Assembly: GCA_963514005.1 (NCBI GenBank)
Contig: OY740804.1
Location: 4,960,001-5,024,000 of the forward strand
DNA: 64,000 bases
Reading direction: 5' to 3'
DNA from: Raja brachyura
Taxonomy: Eukaryota
How positions within the stretch are numbered: the first letter of the stretch is position 1; each line of letters opens with the position of its first letter. The position numbers and the translations under genes were made by a program. Under the pieces are notes generated by a model. That model saw nothing but the letters and a program-made list of their open reading frames with translations, was not told the DNA's origin and ran no database searches. Of this stretch, positions 63,916-64,000 are shown piece after piece.

Positions 63916-64000
63916 GCCCTGTGTTTTCCATGTCGTAAACTCATTTCATACGACTCTCTGTTTGGTCAAAACAGTAGTGAGTAAAAATATTTTAACACAT

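Overview
Repeat-rich vertebrate genomic DNA. The CR1/Penelope/SINE content and the gene family suggest a cartilaginous fish such as a skate or ray (inference). One assembly gap lies at 484-612. Manual exon reconstruction on the + strand gives a tandem pair of immunoglobulin-superfamily receptors with the same ectodomain plan: leader, V (CD300/pIgR-type), C2 (FCRL-type), V, C2, then a 49-nt Cys stalk exon. Gene A (20707-37612, 8 exons, 505 aa) ends in a transmembrane exon with an N-terminal Arg and a short Tyr-free tail, the pattern of an activating, adaptor-coupled receptor. Gene B (42970-60215, 9 exons, 591 aa) ends in an uncharged TM and a tail with two canonical ITIMs plus a third Tyr motif, the pattern of an inhibitory receptor. 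Over the Ig-domain block the introns look about 98% identical (one sample counted), yet V1 and C1 carry dense replacement patches and the stalk exons are only about 80% identical. This points to gene conversion of the ectodomain plus diversification of the ligand-facing surfaces. Homology between A and B stops abruptly in the stalk-TM intron, which looks like a tail swap. Upstream are two relics of activating-type genes: an intact orphan stalk-TM-tail module (8472-11062) and a rearranged, partly inverted fragment (about 15534-17690). The rest is L1, CR1, Rex1/Babar, Tx1-like, Penelope, a HERO-like mini-element, MITEs and a DIRS-like end.
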